This document shows, one piece after another, positions 20,768-35,359 of a stretch of DNA of 64,000 nt. How positions within the stretch are numbered: the stretch's first letter is position 1; every line of letters starts with the position of its first letter. The position numbers and the translations under genes were made by a program. This stretch comes from the human T2T-CHM13v2.0 reference genome, Homo sapiens: NCBI RefSeq assembly GCF_009914755.1, contig NC_060938.1; one strand, 5' to 3'. The notes beneath the pieces were generated by a model. The model was not told the DNA's origin. It searched no databases and worked only from the letters and a program-made list of their open reading frames with translations.

Positions 20768-21324
20768 TAGGCAAAAGACATGAACAGATATTTTACAAAA
20801 GAGGATATACAAATGCCAAATAAGCACATGGAAAAATGTTTAAAATCATTCATCATTAGGAAAATGCAAATTAAAACCACAGTGACATGTCACTGCACAA
20901 CTACCAGAATGTCTAAAATAATAATTAAAAAAAGTGGCAACACCAGATGCCAGCAAGGAGGCAGAGATGCTGGATTACTCATACGTTGTTGGTAGGAATA
21001 TAAGATGACATAGCCACTCTGGAAAACAGTTTGGCAGTTTCTTAAAAAAGTAAGCATGCTACTACTATGTGATCTAACAATTGCACTCCTGGGCATTTAT
21101 TGCTCAGAATAGAAAATTTATGCTTGCATGAAAATCTGAGACAAATGTTCCTAGTGGCTTTTTTCATAATAACCCCTAACTGTCAACAACCCAGATGTCC
21201 TTCAAGGGGTAAATGGATATATAACTTAGGAAGAAAAGGAAATGAAGTATTGATACCTGCAACAACTTGGATGAATCTGCAGATAATTATGCTGAGGCAA
21301 TAAAAGCCAATCTCCAAAAGTTAG

Positions 21325-21665
<341 letters not shown>

Positions 21666-22686
21666 TATATAATATTCTTCAAATGACAAAATTACAGGAA
21701 TGGAGAACAAGTTTGTGGTTGCTGGGAGTTAAGGGTGGGGGCGGGGGGGCTGGGAGGGAAGTGTTTGTGGCTTTAAAAGGGCATTTTGTATCTTGACTGT
21801 ATCACTGTTGATATCCTGGTTGTGATATTGTATTATAGTTTTGCACAATGGTACCGTTGGCAAAAGCTGGTAAAGAGATATCTCTGTATTTTTCTTAGAA
21901 CTGAATATGAATCTACAGTCATCTCAAAATAAAAACTTTAATTAAAGATGTTAGGAGATTCTTTATAAAAGTGTGTGCCTGTTTTTATAAGAAGATACAT
22001 ATGAAAATAATATATTCTCTTTAAACCCCCAACTCCCCAGACTAACCAATACTTACTGTTGTTTATCCTTCTACACTTCTCAATTTCTTAGTACAAATGT
22101 GTGTGTACATACATACGTACAAATACGTTTTTCTTTGTAAAAATAAGAACATACTATACATATTATTCTGCAACTAACTTTTTGGTACATATCAAAGAAC
22201 ATACATTGCTATGTATAACTTATTATGTATTCTTTTAAGGAGCTGCATATTGCAGAATTCATAGTATTTAAATGTTTTCTTGGCCCTTTGCTTTTCAAAT
22301 TTCATCTTTTCCTATCTTAGGAACATACTTTTGCTCATTGAAGGTATAAATCAAATAACCTACCAGGATCTGGGCAGAGAAAAGCAATCTGTGTTGTTTG
22401 AATGACACCAGTACAATTGGAAGGGACTCATTTGGGCAAATCTTTTCTACTGAAAACTACAGACACTTTTATTACACTTTTCTCTTAACATTCCCTTCAT
22501 GCAGTTTTTGTCGTCCTCATAGATGTAACAGCTTATGCTAGCACAAATGATATAATAATTAAGAAGTTTCCCTCTATTGCCAAATTAATTATAGTTTTTT
22601 TCTGTGTAAATGTAAAAGTTCTCACATAACATTTGGATGCTTTCAGTAAATACACATGCTATGTATTTAATTTTTATTCATTTTTA

Positions 22687-23048
<362 letters not shown>

Positions 23049-23639
23049 CTATATATCTTCATTTTCTTTTATATAATATATACTAGGTCACATATATGTA
23101 TATGTATATATTAGGTCTTAAGGAAAATACCTATTTCTTTAGCTGGTTTTATTGTAACAAGGATTTCGAATCAAGCTAGAAGTTGTTTCTTCAAAATAAA
23201 CTTATTCTTTGTTGGATACAGGTGCAGCTTATTTTCCATGAGAGTGTTTTTTTCAAGATTAGAATATAGAGTTACTTGAAAAATGATATGCTAATTTATT
23301 ATAGAATGCATGTATATTGTTTTCCATTTCTTAGTACAGGTGCTACCCAGAAATGATTTTTTTTTTGCTTGTTTGCATAATTAAGTCCCTTAATTTAGAC
23401 TCTAAAGGACAATGGCCAGGTGCATTTGAATTTTGGAGGTGATCAATTTCTATGCATACCAGAGTTTAAGATCTGCAGATGAGATAAAGTGAATAATTTT
23501 TAAATGTTGTTCAAAATAATTGCTTTTTCTGGCTATTTCAGGTACAATTACTTGGATATTTAGGGTAAAAGCATCTCCTCCTAGTCCTCCACGAATTTTT
23601 TTTAAAATACATAACTCAATTTCACCTTTGATTTTGTAA

Positions 23640-23952
<313 letters not shown>

Positions 23953-24939
23953 AATGTAGACATTTTTAATGCTTTTACATTTTAAGGACTTGTCCAAGGC
24001 CTTAGAATCTTGCTAAGTGGGAGGTGAGGTGGGCCACAAGCTGACAAGCTGCATAGTTAAAATCCAGCACCAATTGCTGTCTTAACATTGTAGATTGTTA
24101 GTCTACTTTAAGAATAATTTTTGTGATACCGTCAAGTCATGATTTTCATTTATTGAGTGTAAAACTAGAGGAAGGAACTTATACAATTTAAAACAGTTGC
24201 TTAACATGTAAAGTTGATATTAGAGCTTAAAATAATATAGTTATCTTGACAGCAAATTGAACCAACTAAATATCCCAGTTAGGTTACACATTGACATATT
24301 GTACATGGGAAGCTGTTTATTTTTTATTACTGAAAAGTACAGTATTTGGTTGCGATTGAAGTCAGCCATTCTGTAGCTGTAAACAGCCTGAAGCTAGGCA
24401 GCTGTATTCTTTACAGTGTTTGTTTTAAAGCAGAATAGGTAAATATGTGGGTTTTAGGGATGGGTAGATAAACAGTTTGACAGTAAAATCAAAATCTTGA
24501 GAGCTAGCCAACCACAATCATGTTTAAGCATCTCTTATCCCAAATGAAAACAGTCTAACAGACTGCACAGCACATTTTCTAGTTGTGTTGGATATGTGTT
24601 TCATTTTTGGAGGAATATTCTTTTATAAGTACCTGGTTTTCTCAGTTCATTGCTAAGGATGCTGAATCTTAGTCTCACCACAGTGAAGAGGGATAGCCTG
24701 ACAAAATTAGTTGTATTTATTATCTTTGTGAGTTTTTATGAACATGGTAGGAAAAGCTTTAAATTTTTAGTTTATCTTATTGAAACTATAAGTAATATGT
24801 TCTCATTTCATACATTTTCTTTGATATATTTTACTTTGTTTTCTCATTATATGGAAAAAAACTTTCATAGTCCTGGTGATAAATTTCCCCATAGTGTTTC
24901 TTTACTCTCATTTTTTACTAAAATAGTGTCTAGAGCTGG

Positions 24940-25075
24940 GAGGTAACCTGATGAATTTTGTATTATAGATAACAAAACTGAGACCCAGTGAGGAAAGTGA
25001 CTTTTGCAAGGCCATACAGTTGATTAGCATAGTTGAGACTGGAACTATTTAGTTCTTCTGACAGCCAGTCCAGAA
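24940..25075 (-). mobile_element. MIR
   Basis: aaaactgagacccagtgaggaaagtgacttttgcaaggccatacag core. Confidence 0.6.
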
Positions 25076-25766
25076 CTGTTTTTATTCGGATTGCATCAGA
25101 TGTATTACATACATGCAGATGGCACTTTGCTTTCTCTGTTTTACTCCATTCCTACCTTCCTTTTTTCCTTTACTGACTTAAAGACCTAGATGCTCAGGTA
25201 TCCAGAATTCTTTGTCCCTTGACTTCTCTTTCAGATCTCTGCTTTGGTGGGAGGACCATTACACTTTCCTGTGCTTTGATGGTCCCATAGCCTCCGCTGG
25301 TAGCTTCTCAGCCTAGCACACCTGGGCCTGAGGAGGGTCAGCAAGAACCAAGGATTTGCTCATAGTGCCCTGTGGTGTTGGTAGGAGCGGTGGGTGTGGA
25401 ATGAGACTTGGGCTGAGCACCTAAGGTAGCACATTTTGTCATCAGAGTGAAAGGATACAGGTGGGACAATCCGCAGGTGGTGGTGACATTTGCAATTGGT
25501 TATATGGTCACTAACCAGTTACATTCAGTCAAAACCCACTGATTTTGGCAACTTAAGTTGCTGTTAATATGAATAAAAGATAAAATCTTTATATGCCATC
25601 TGTAACAGACTGACCTGCTTTTACTTAATCTTCTTAGCTTTATTATTTTTGAAATCTTTAAACTGTTCTCAAAGTGAATACCTGCAAGTACTTTCTCATC
25701 TTAGCCTGATGGGCATGGGTTATATGAGTCCCTATCTCTTTTTTTGGAAGAAGAGCTACTTTGACT

Positions 25767-26115
25767 CTTAACAATGGGAATACTTTGTGAGAAATGTGTC
25801 ATTAGGTGATTTCATCATTGTATGAACATTGTAGTGTACTTACACAAACCTAGGCTAGATGGTATAGCCTACTACACACCTAGACTGTGTGGTATAGCCT
25901 GTTGCTCCTAGACTACAAAGCATGTTACTCTCCTGAATAGCTACCCAACTGTAACATAATAGAAAGTATTTGTGTATCTAAACAGTGTAACTAATGTATC
26001 TAAACTATGTAAACATAGAAAAGATAGAGTAAAAATGCAGTATAACCTTATGGAATCACTGTCATATATGGGGTCTGTCATTGACTGAAATGTCACTATG
26101 TGGCACACAAAATGA
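25767..26115 (-). mobile_element. Tigger3a (MER7A)-like TcMar MITE
   Basis: gtgtacttacacaaacctag...atggtatagcctactacacacctag matches the recalled consensus; termini decayed. Confidence 0.85.
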
Positions 26116-26134
26116 CATTTGAAATCTCATTATC

Positions 26135-26611
<477 letters not shown>

Positions 26612-27289
26612 CTACAGGATTGCTATGATCACATGGCCAGCTGTTAATCAGCATACTCATCATCAGATTTTTTTCAGTCTTGGTAGTAAGTAAAATTCCC
26701 TGTACCCTTTACCCTTTCCTCACCTTTTAAAGAGGAAGCCTATCTTTTTTAGACCTCACAGATAATACAATATATAAAATTCCTGTCATTTTCTTGGCTT
26801 ACTACACATTTATTAGGCATACAGGAGCAGATTATAATAAAGCCAGACCTCATCATTTCAGCCAAATTTCCCCTCAAGAACATCACTAGTCTCAAGCTCT
26901 TCATCTCTTAATCATTGGAAATAGGGTTATGAAGAAAGGAAAGATTGAGACAGCTGAGACACTTTTCATTGTTCTGATTTCATTATGCTGTCGAGACCTG
27001 CCTAGTTGTATAGTCTTTGACAATCAATTATTACTCTGGAAAGTGATTATTAAACAGTTTACGGAATTATGGCTTTTTATGCATGACTGTTCTGTTGCTC
27101 TTTAGGGTTAAGTGAAAAGGCTTATTAAATATCCATTTACAATGGAATCTTTGAAAACGTTAAATGGAATGCATAATTCATATCAGCTGTCGCTAGGACA
27201 AAACCAAATCGGTTTAACTAAGTATCGAGTTACAATGAAAGAGGGAGTAAGAGGCAGCCTTAATAGAACTAGTTCAGAGTAGCTAATGG

Positions 27290-27735
27290 GTCCAGATAAT
27301 CAGAAAACCCAAAGTAATATTAATAGTGGATTAGACAGGATGAAAGTTTATTTCTGTCTTGTAAAAAAAGGTCTTATAAAAAGGTAATGCAATACCAATG
27401 TGGTGTTCCATAGGGCCAGGGATCCAGAATCCTGCCATTTGAGTGCTCCACTGACTCATCTGCATTCCCAGGGCCATCGTAAGGTCCAACATAGCTGCAT
27501 CAGTTATCACCTCTGTATTCTGGCCAGCAGGAAAGTTTTACACAAGAAATGCATGTGTCTGAGATTGCACACCACTTCTGCTTATATTTAATCTGGCAGA
27601 ATTTAGCTGCATGATAACATCCAGCTACAAAAGAGGATGAAAAATGAAATCACTATCCTTGGCAGCCATATGCCAAGGTTCACATTCTATTACTATGGAA
27701 AAGGGTAGAAGAAATAACGAGGTAGTTTCTGACAT
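27290..27735 (-). mobile_element. Old MLT1-type MaLR LTR
   Basis: Degraded motifs (gaaagtttatttct; accacttctgcttatat; ggcagccatatgcc). Confidence 0.5.
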
Positions 27736-27934
27736 GGTCTCTATGGCGATACACCTTGTGTAGAGACTCTTATGGCTCAAAGTGTTATTCACTCTTCCAG
27801 CAAAGTTTTTTGAGCACCTGCAATATTTAGCCCTGTGCTTGGCACTAAGTATGGAAAGATTTTGTTATGTGACACAGTTTTTAGCTTTAAGGAATTAGGT
27901 AACATAACAAGGGAGCTAGCAGACAATGGAAAAG

Positions 27935-28090
27935 GGTGGAGAAAGCCCTGGGTTTAGAGTTAGATGACCTAGGTTGGGATCCTTGATTTGTGATTTATTT
28001 GTTTCTTAAATTATTGGTGCCTCAGTTTTCTTATCTGTTCAATAGGGCTAATAATACTTACCTTAAAATACTGTGAGAATAAAATGTTCT
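27935..28090 (+). mobile_element. MIR
   Basis: gtgcctcagttttcttatctgttcaatagggctaataatacttacc core. Confidence 0.7.
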
Positions 28091-28459
28091 TAAATATAAG
28101 ACAATACATGTTAAATAGGCTGCATTTAAAAAGGTTCTTAGTACGTACTACTACATTACATTCCAGTAAGGTTGAACCAACTACTTTCCAACTAGTAGGG
28201 AGTACAAGTCTGTTTCCCCACATCCTCACCAGCTTTGTGCATTATGGTACTTTTCACTCTTTGCTAATTTGAAAGGCCAGTAGCTTTCCAAAACTTTTCA
28301 GCTGTGGAAAAATTTCTTCAAATGAAATATTCAGTGAAAGTTCAATATCTCAAACATTTAGTAGCATGTCAGCAGTGTCTCAATTAGAAACGGAGGACCT
28401 GGTCCTACCTGCTCAATCCAGACTCCCAACAACACACTTATTGGTCTCTAAAACAATTA

Positions 28460-31100
28460 TTCATTCTTGCAATGTAATTGGGTGCCTGTTATATCTGGCG
28501 CTGTACCAGATGCTTGGAAATGTCAGTAAATAAATGAAATCCTTGCTTACAATCTAGAGGGAGGAGGCAGAGAGCAAACAAATCAGTAATGTCTTAGATG
28601 GCAATAAGTAACAAAAGGAAGAATAATTTAGGACAGAGTGATAGAATAATGGGGAAGCGAGAGACATTTAAGTAAGATGATCAGAAAAGGACCATAGGAG
28701 AACATCACATTGAGCAGAAGTCTGAAGGAAGTAAGGGAACAAGCCATCCAATTCATGTATGAAGGAGAACATTCCAGGCAGAGGGAGGAGATAGTGCAAG
28801 GCTCCAAGGTAGAAATGTTCTGTGATGTTTGAGAAACAACAAGGTGGGGATCTTTGAATGGGGAGTATGGTAGGAGATGATGCCACAGAGGTAGCCAAGA
28901 GCCAGATCAACTGGGGCAGTGGTTCTCAGTACTATCAGACCCAGCACACTTTTCTTGCTGGGTATATTTTGCCCTTTTTAATATCCTGAGCAAAATTCAT
29001 AAATAATTATCGTTTACCTATTCATGCAATGTAAAAATTAATATAACACCCTTTTTGTAACATACAGGAACAATGACAGTAATATGTGGTTAAATCAATT
29101 ATAAACGACTACACTGGAAGACATATGAAGTTGCTAGCTGCTTTTATCTACCCATAGTGAATCTCTTTGGGTGGGAATATCAGGAACCATAGTGTGTATG
29201 AAGGACTGGAAAATGAAATAACAGTGCAATTGGCACTATAATACATTAGGATTTATGGTAGCAGACCAGGCGTATGTGTACAGGATGAGAAAATGGTAAA
29301 TAACATTACGTGAAGTTGGAATGTGTGCCAAGACCAGTTATAGACTTTTGAAATGGAGAAAATGAGCTAGGCCTCTTTATAAATGTAATGTCAAAATAAA
29401 TCTCTGTTGTGACATTGGACAAAGTGACAAAGTATCAGAAAACCAAACCAAACCAAACCAAACCAAACATCTCTCCCATCCTGAAATCTCAACACATCAG
29501 AACATATTCAGTTTCTGGTGCTTAAAAAGACCTTGGAAGACATATCTTTCAAAAGATGATGAGACTATAGGATGGATAGGAAAAAAGAAAGTAATACAAG
29601 AAGACATGAAATAGACCTCTGTGGACAATTTCAGGGTAAAACAAAAACAACAGGCCATTCAAAATTAATAATTTCAATATGTAACCTTCCCAATATAGAG
29701 GTATTTTGCTAAAATATTAAAACATTATATAGATTGGCAATAACATTTATTTAAAAAACCTCACTAATGCAGTATTCCTTATTCCCAAATTTTACTTGTC
29801 TCTGCTAATTTAATTATGATTGGTTCTAAATTTACAAAATGAACTTCATATATTCTCTGTATATATTTATATATAACTGCTACCAATGCAGAATGAAATA
29901 GGTGTGTTGTTTTGGTGACTAAACTATTCGCATAGTTGCTACGATTTACACAGTAGTTGCATTTCTGGAAAATACAGAATGGGTTAAATGAGGGATATAT
30001 TTTGTGTTTAAAGATTCTGGCCTCATCTATTTATGAAACTTTTTTTACCCACATGAAAGTCTTTCAGGACATGTATTTCTTTGTTTTGTGGGACTGCCCT
30101 GTGAACTGCAGGATGTCTACTATATCCTTGGCTCCTTCTTGCCTACTAAATGCCAATAGTACTTTCTCATTCTAGCAACTAAAAATGCTGTCTCTCTCAC
30201 CCACTGGCCAGAAATGTCTAAATGTTCTCTAGGGACTAGTACTGTCCCTTCTGAGAATCACTGATGTGTAGAGTCTTGTAGCCCATGGTAAGAAATGTGG
30301 ATTTCACTCTGAGTGATGTGGGAAGACACTGGAGGGTTTTGAGCAGGGACATGACATGATCTGATCTTGTTTTAAAGGGATTATCTGATACTGTGTGGAC
30401 AATAGATTATAGGTGGAAAATGGTAAAGGAAGGAAGATAGGCACCTGTTAAAATAATCCAGGTGAGAGATGATGGTGGCTTGGGCCAATCATGGTGACAG
30501 TGGGAAGGATGTGAGAAATGGTCACATTCAGCATCTACTTTGAAGGTTGCTTATGGTTTGTATGTGTGTTGCAGGAGAGGAAAGAGAAGAAAAGTCAAGG
30601 ATGACTTTATGGTTTATGGTGTGTGTAGCTAACTGGTAGAATAGTTTCCATTTTCTGAGATGGTGAAGATCAAGGGGGCAGCCCGATTGTGAGGTTGATT
30701 TTAGACATGTTAAGTTTGAGGTGCCTAATATACTTCCAAGTGGAGATATCAAATATGCAGTCAGTTATAATTCTAGGGTTCAGGTGGCAGGTTAGGGTTA
30801 GAGGGATGGGAAGTCATCAGTGATCAGATGGTATTTGAATTCATGAAACTGGAAGAGATGACCCAGGGGATAAGTGTAGCTAGAAAGCAAAAGAGACCTA
30901 AGGGCTCAAGGACATGCCACTGTTAGAGTCAGAGAGAAGTGGAATTAATGAAAGAAGCTGAGGGGAGCCTGGTAGAAGAGAAAAACCAGGAGAATGTGTT
31001 TGGTGGAAACCAAGTGAAAAAACATTTCAAGAAGGATGCAATAACTGTGTCAAATACTGTCAAGTCTAGTAAGATGAAGACTACAAGGTTTAACCATAGC
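28460..31100 (-). mobile_element. L2 fragment interrupted by a hAT element
   Basis: L2 motifs (gagaacattccaggcagaggga; ggagggttttgagcagg; aataatccaggtgagagatgatggtggct) are continuous across 28917-30263. Confidence 0.75.
28917..30263. mobile_element. hAT-Charlie non-autonomous element (MER20B/Charlie2-like), ~1.35 kb
   Basis: Terminal inverted repeats cagtggttctcag and ctgagaatcactg (12/13 match); MER20-like right end; TSD not recognisable. Confidence 0.7.
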
Positions 31101-31169
31101 GTTATAACTATAATATTACAAACACACACACACACACGTTCACACCCCTCCCCATCTTATAAATTTTAT

Positions 31170-31980
31170 TGCTGTTGTACATGGGATGCATTTTCTATTT
31201 GCATTTTCAAATTGTTTATTACCATATTGGTTTAAATATGTTGAACTTGTGGAATTTCTTGTTTAATACAGTTGGTGTTTAATGAAAGTGGTGATAATAG
31301 GAGTTCTTGTTTTATCCTTGACTTTAAACCAAAGGCTGCTAGAGTTTTACCACTAAGCATGTTGTTCACTATAGCTTTATGATAGATATTCATTATTAGG
31401 TTCACTTCCTTTCTCAGCTTGCCAAAAATGTTTATCATGAATAAGTGTTGAAATTTGTTGAGTACTTTTTCTCTTTAATCTGTTACTGTGATCTACTAGT
31501 TAATCTGAACTATCCTTGGATTCTGGGAAAAATGTTCTAGGTTACAGTATGTTTCTATACACTGATGATTTCTATTAGAGTTTTTGCATTTGTCTTCATA
31601 GGTGAGATTGTGTATTCTTTTTTTTTCTTCTACTGCATTTATCCACATTTGGTATCAAGATTGTACTATCTATCCTCATATGTTGGATGTCTGATTTCTT
31701 TTTCTGTTCTCCAGAAACAGTTCGTATAAGAGAGGGATTATATTTTCCTTGAAAGTTTGGTAATTTTCATCTGTAATGTTGTCTGGGCTTGTGTCTTGGG
31801 TAAAGAGATTGTAAAAAATTATCTCAGTTTCTTTAATGATTACTAATTTATTCAGGATGTTAATTCCAACAATCCCCCAGCTCAGTTTTGTGACTCATGT
31901 ATTTCTAGATAGTTATTCTTTTTATTCATGTTTCCCCACATTTATTATCATGAAGTCATTAATAGATTATTTCTTGTTAT
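31170..31980 (-). mobile_element. Old L1M ORF2 fragment
   Basis: ORF 31232..31438 resembles the L1 RT region (IYHKAIVNNMLSGKTLAAFGLKSRIKQ..LSPL). Confidence 0.7.
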
Positions 31981-34497
31981 TCTGTGGCTTGGCCTTTTGA
32001 TTTTATAGCTGTGGAGTCTGTCTCAGCATGTAGTGGGTTTGAATCTCAGTTTGTAAACAGAGATGTGCAAGAATCATGTTTATTTATCTACAATTTGGAG
32101 ATCCACACCTCCCCACCCCCCAGGATATATAGAGTTTCTTAAGATCACATGCCATGCTGGACACCTCTGTTGAGACATCCATACTTCTATCTGATGGTCC
32201 ACTTAGGTCTTCCCAACATTGTTAGTCCACACAGGTCCCTTCTAAATTGCCCCTGTTCCAATCTCCCCCTACTCTTGGGTGCACAGAAATCATTTTGCTG
32301 TTCTCAGGCTAGTCTGGGGCCTGCTAAACTTTTGTGAGATGATATAATGCTCCACCTGCCTTGACACTCCGTAGGGCTGTTTCTTCTCTGGGATCTTACT
32401 GCTTCCTGGATTCTCCATGAGAAGAAGTCCCAGGTCTTTTTTGTTCTTCCTTCCCACAAACACATCTTCTTTTTGTTTCCTTTGAGCTTAGCCCTGGGGA
32501 GCTGGGTATAAGCCCCTAGCCCAGGGACCCCACAACATTTATGTTTTCTTCACGTCCCTGCCAACTTCCTCTGGGCCAGGAATTCAATTCATTTCTAACT
32601 GCAGACAAAGGAAATGGCACTGAAACTCATTTTGTTTTCTCCCGAATCACTTGTCATTTATTCTTTCTATTCCACCTGGTTCCCAGGATTTTTGAAGCCC
32701 GAAAGCCGGAAAGAGGCTCTTGTCTGTAACTTTATGCTCTGCGGTAGTGCCTTTTACCTGAGGCCATGGGCCCTCAGTGGTCTATGTGGGTAGAATATTG
32801 GGTATGTGAGTTGGAGGGAAACATTGGTGGATACTTCACAACTATCTCTTTAGCCTCTTCATTTGACAGATGGGGAGATGGAGTCTCAGGGAAGTAACTC
32901 ATTTGCCAAGGCAACGTATAGTTAGTGGTGAAGCAGAGACCAAACTGTAGATACCCTATTACTCCTGTATTCTTTGATGTTATATATTGTCAGTTATTTG
33001 AAACCCTTATGGAGTTTAGGTCCTACAACCCCATATATATTTCAAATAGATTTTTAATTACATCGTAACTGCTATCCTTAACAAATGAGTCATCTTTAGA
33101 TACTGACTTTTCTTGATAATTAGCGATTCAGTATTTTAAGGACAAGTAAGCTTTCTTTCATGCTTAGTCTTTCAGAAGAAACACTTTCTAAAATCTGCTA
33201 TACTCGTTCCCCTTTGTGAAAGCAGGTGTTGCTTGTTCCTTCTTGCATTTCCATTACCTGGCACAGGTGTGCCCCGGCAGAGGCGCTAAGTTGATCTTTT
33301 TCTTGAGGACGAAGGGCACCATTTTGGATGTCGATCCTCTATGCTCTACTGTGATATAGTGATGCCCCAAGATCTCACTGGGTGAGTGAAGCATTTGCCC
33401 CCAAACCCTGCATTCAGCTGTGTTTTGAATTCTTTTGTTTCATTTTTTGTAATTTTTGTTTCCTCCTCCTCATTAGGCTGACAGTTGGCTCTGTTTTGCA
33501 GTCAGTATTTCAGTTTGCTGTAAGTACCCCTTCTCTCACAGCTCTCATCCTAATATCTTATTCTATTCTGCCCTAGGCTTAGAAACTAGATAAATAAGCT
33601 TGGCTACATTGTTTGTAAAGTGAAAGTAAATAGCCTCCAAGGGAGGGCCTCAAAGCTTTCCTATGGGAAAGTGTGTGAGCTTCCTCTGCACTGGCCTTTG
33701 CTAACATCTCTTTTGCCTCTAAAGCCTTTTTTGCTTACATCCTGCTTCTTGTCTATGCTAGATCTGTGAGGTCAGGTCGTTGGATGACTGCACACTGGAT
33801 AGGTGAATAATAACAGCTTGCTTTTTTTTCTTATAAATTGACTCAGAGATACTGTAAAAATATATTTTTGCATTTGAATAATCCGTATTCTTAGCATGGC
33901 GCTATTAACTGGATCCTTTGCAAATCAGAATAAAAAATAACAGCCGTAGAACCACAGAATACCTTTGGGCAATTTGGTTACTTACAATGCAAACTATAAC
34001 GTTGACCTTGGGGGCTTTTGAACCACAGCTGTCAGTTTAAACAAAACTCCAAACCTAATTAAACATTTGTTGGATGGGATGCTAGTTTGAGAACTGGTTG
34101 GGCAGCTTTTAAAACTTAATGATGCAGTTCTTCACCAGAAAACATATAGAAGTATTAATACTTGGTACATATATGATTTAAGGCTAACTATAAGGACTTC
34201 ATTTCATTACTTTTTAGAAAATGGAGAAGAATTTCGTGCACACAGATTAATTGTAGTGTTTATGAATTTTCTTTACTTAGTTGTTACATTGTAAAATTGA
34301 GGTGAAGCTGTTTTCCCATACCCCTCTCTGCCCCTCCCTTCCCTGCTCCTTTTCTTTTTCTAATTCTTCTCTGTCAACACAATTCATACATTGTTCTTAG
34401 ATTCCTGTCATTATCCATTTGAATATTTAAATAACCATAGTCAGGCTTTTTAACTTTCACTTGGCTCTTAGAAATTGAATATATGCACTGTTTATGT

Positions 34498-34499
34498 TA

Positions 34500-34539
<40 letters not shown>

Positions 34540-34542
34540 TTT
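34498..34542. repeat. (TA)n followed by poly-T microsatellite
   Basis: Seen directly. Confidence 0.95.
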
Positions 34543-34727
34543 CATCCATGATTCATTTTTGGGTCATTAATGAAAACAATGAATTTTCCTTTCATAAATA
34601 TTGTCAAGTACCTTCAAGCTGCCACATATTAGAGATATTTAATCTCCCATATGTACATTTTAATGTATGAAAATAAAAGGAACATTTCTGCACCTAAGTT
34701 GTTTAATGTGTCTCAAGTACAGAGGGT

Positions 34728-34897
34728 GCCAGGCACTGTGGTGCACACCTGTAGTCCCAGCTACTTGGGAGGCTTGAGGCGGGCGGATGCTTGAGGCCAG
34801 GAGTTTGAGGCTGCAGTGTGCTGTGATTGCTCCTGTGAGTAGCCACTGCACTTCAGCCCTGGCAACATAGCAAGACCCTGACTCTAAATATAAAAAA
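34728..34897 (+). mobile_element. FAM (fossil Alu monomer)
   Basis: Monomer retaining the 7SL-like segment cctgtgagtagccactgcacttcagccctggcaacatagcaagaccc; degenerate TSD aagtacagagggt/aagtatagcgggc. Confidence 0.8.
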
Positions 34898-35281
34898 AAG
34901 TATAGCGGGCACAAATGGGGCGAAGCCAGGGTGGGATGCAGAGTCTAGAGGGAGATGAAGCTGGAGAGGCAGGCAGTGGTCAACATGTGGCCATGGAAAA
35001 TAGTTTAGGTTTGATTCTGATGGCACTGGGCTGCCATTAGAGGGTTTGAAGCAGGTCAGTGATGTGATACAACTAAAGTCTTCAACAGATCATTCTGGAG
35101 ACAGTGCTAACATGGACTGGTGGGCAAAAGAGTGAGAAGCCGAAGCCTTAATCCAGAAGGAAATGAAATATGTCTGAATTCAGGCAGGGCAGTAAGGCTG
35201 GAGAGCAGGGCATGGTTAAACAGGACAGCAAGTACTCAGGTGATGGACTCAGCGTTAGGTGGTTGAAATGACAGTAAACTA

Positions 35282-35359
35282 TTAGATTGAACCATATGAA
35301 ATTGCTGTTTTTATAGGTAAAAAATGATCAGATCAGCAATTTTATATGGTTCACCTTAA
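35282..35359. mobile_element. MADE2 (Hsmar2-derived mariner MITE)
   Basis: 26-bp inverted ends ttagattgaaccatatgaaattgctg / cagcaattttatatggttcaccttaa (22/26); TA on the left. Confidence 0.85.

Noticed and set aside
26960-27270. Unique stretch with several CpGs, considered as a NUMT, ncRNA or exon
   Set aside because: No recognisable mitochondrial or RNA-gene match and no open exon-like frame I could support.
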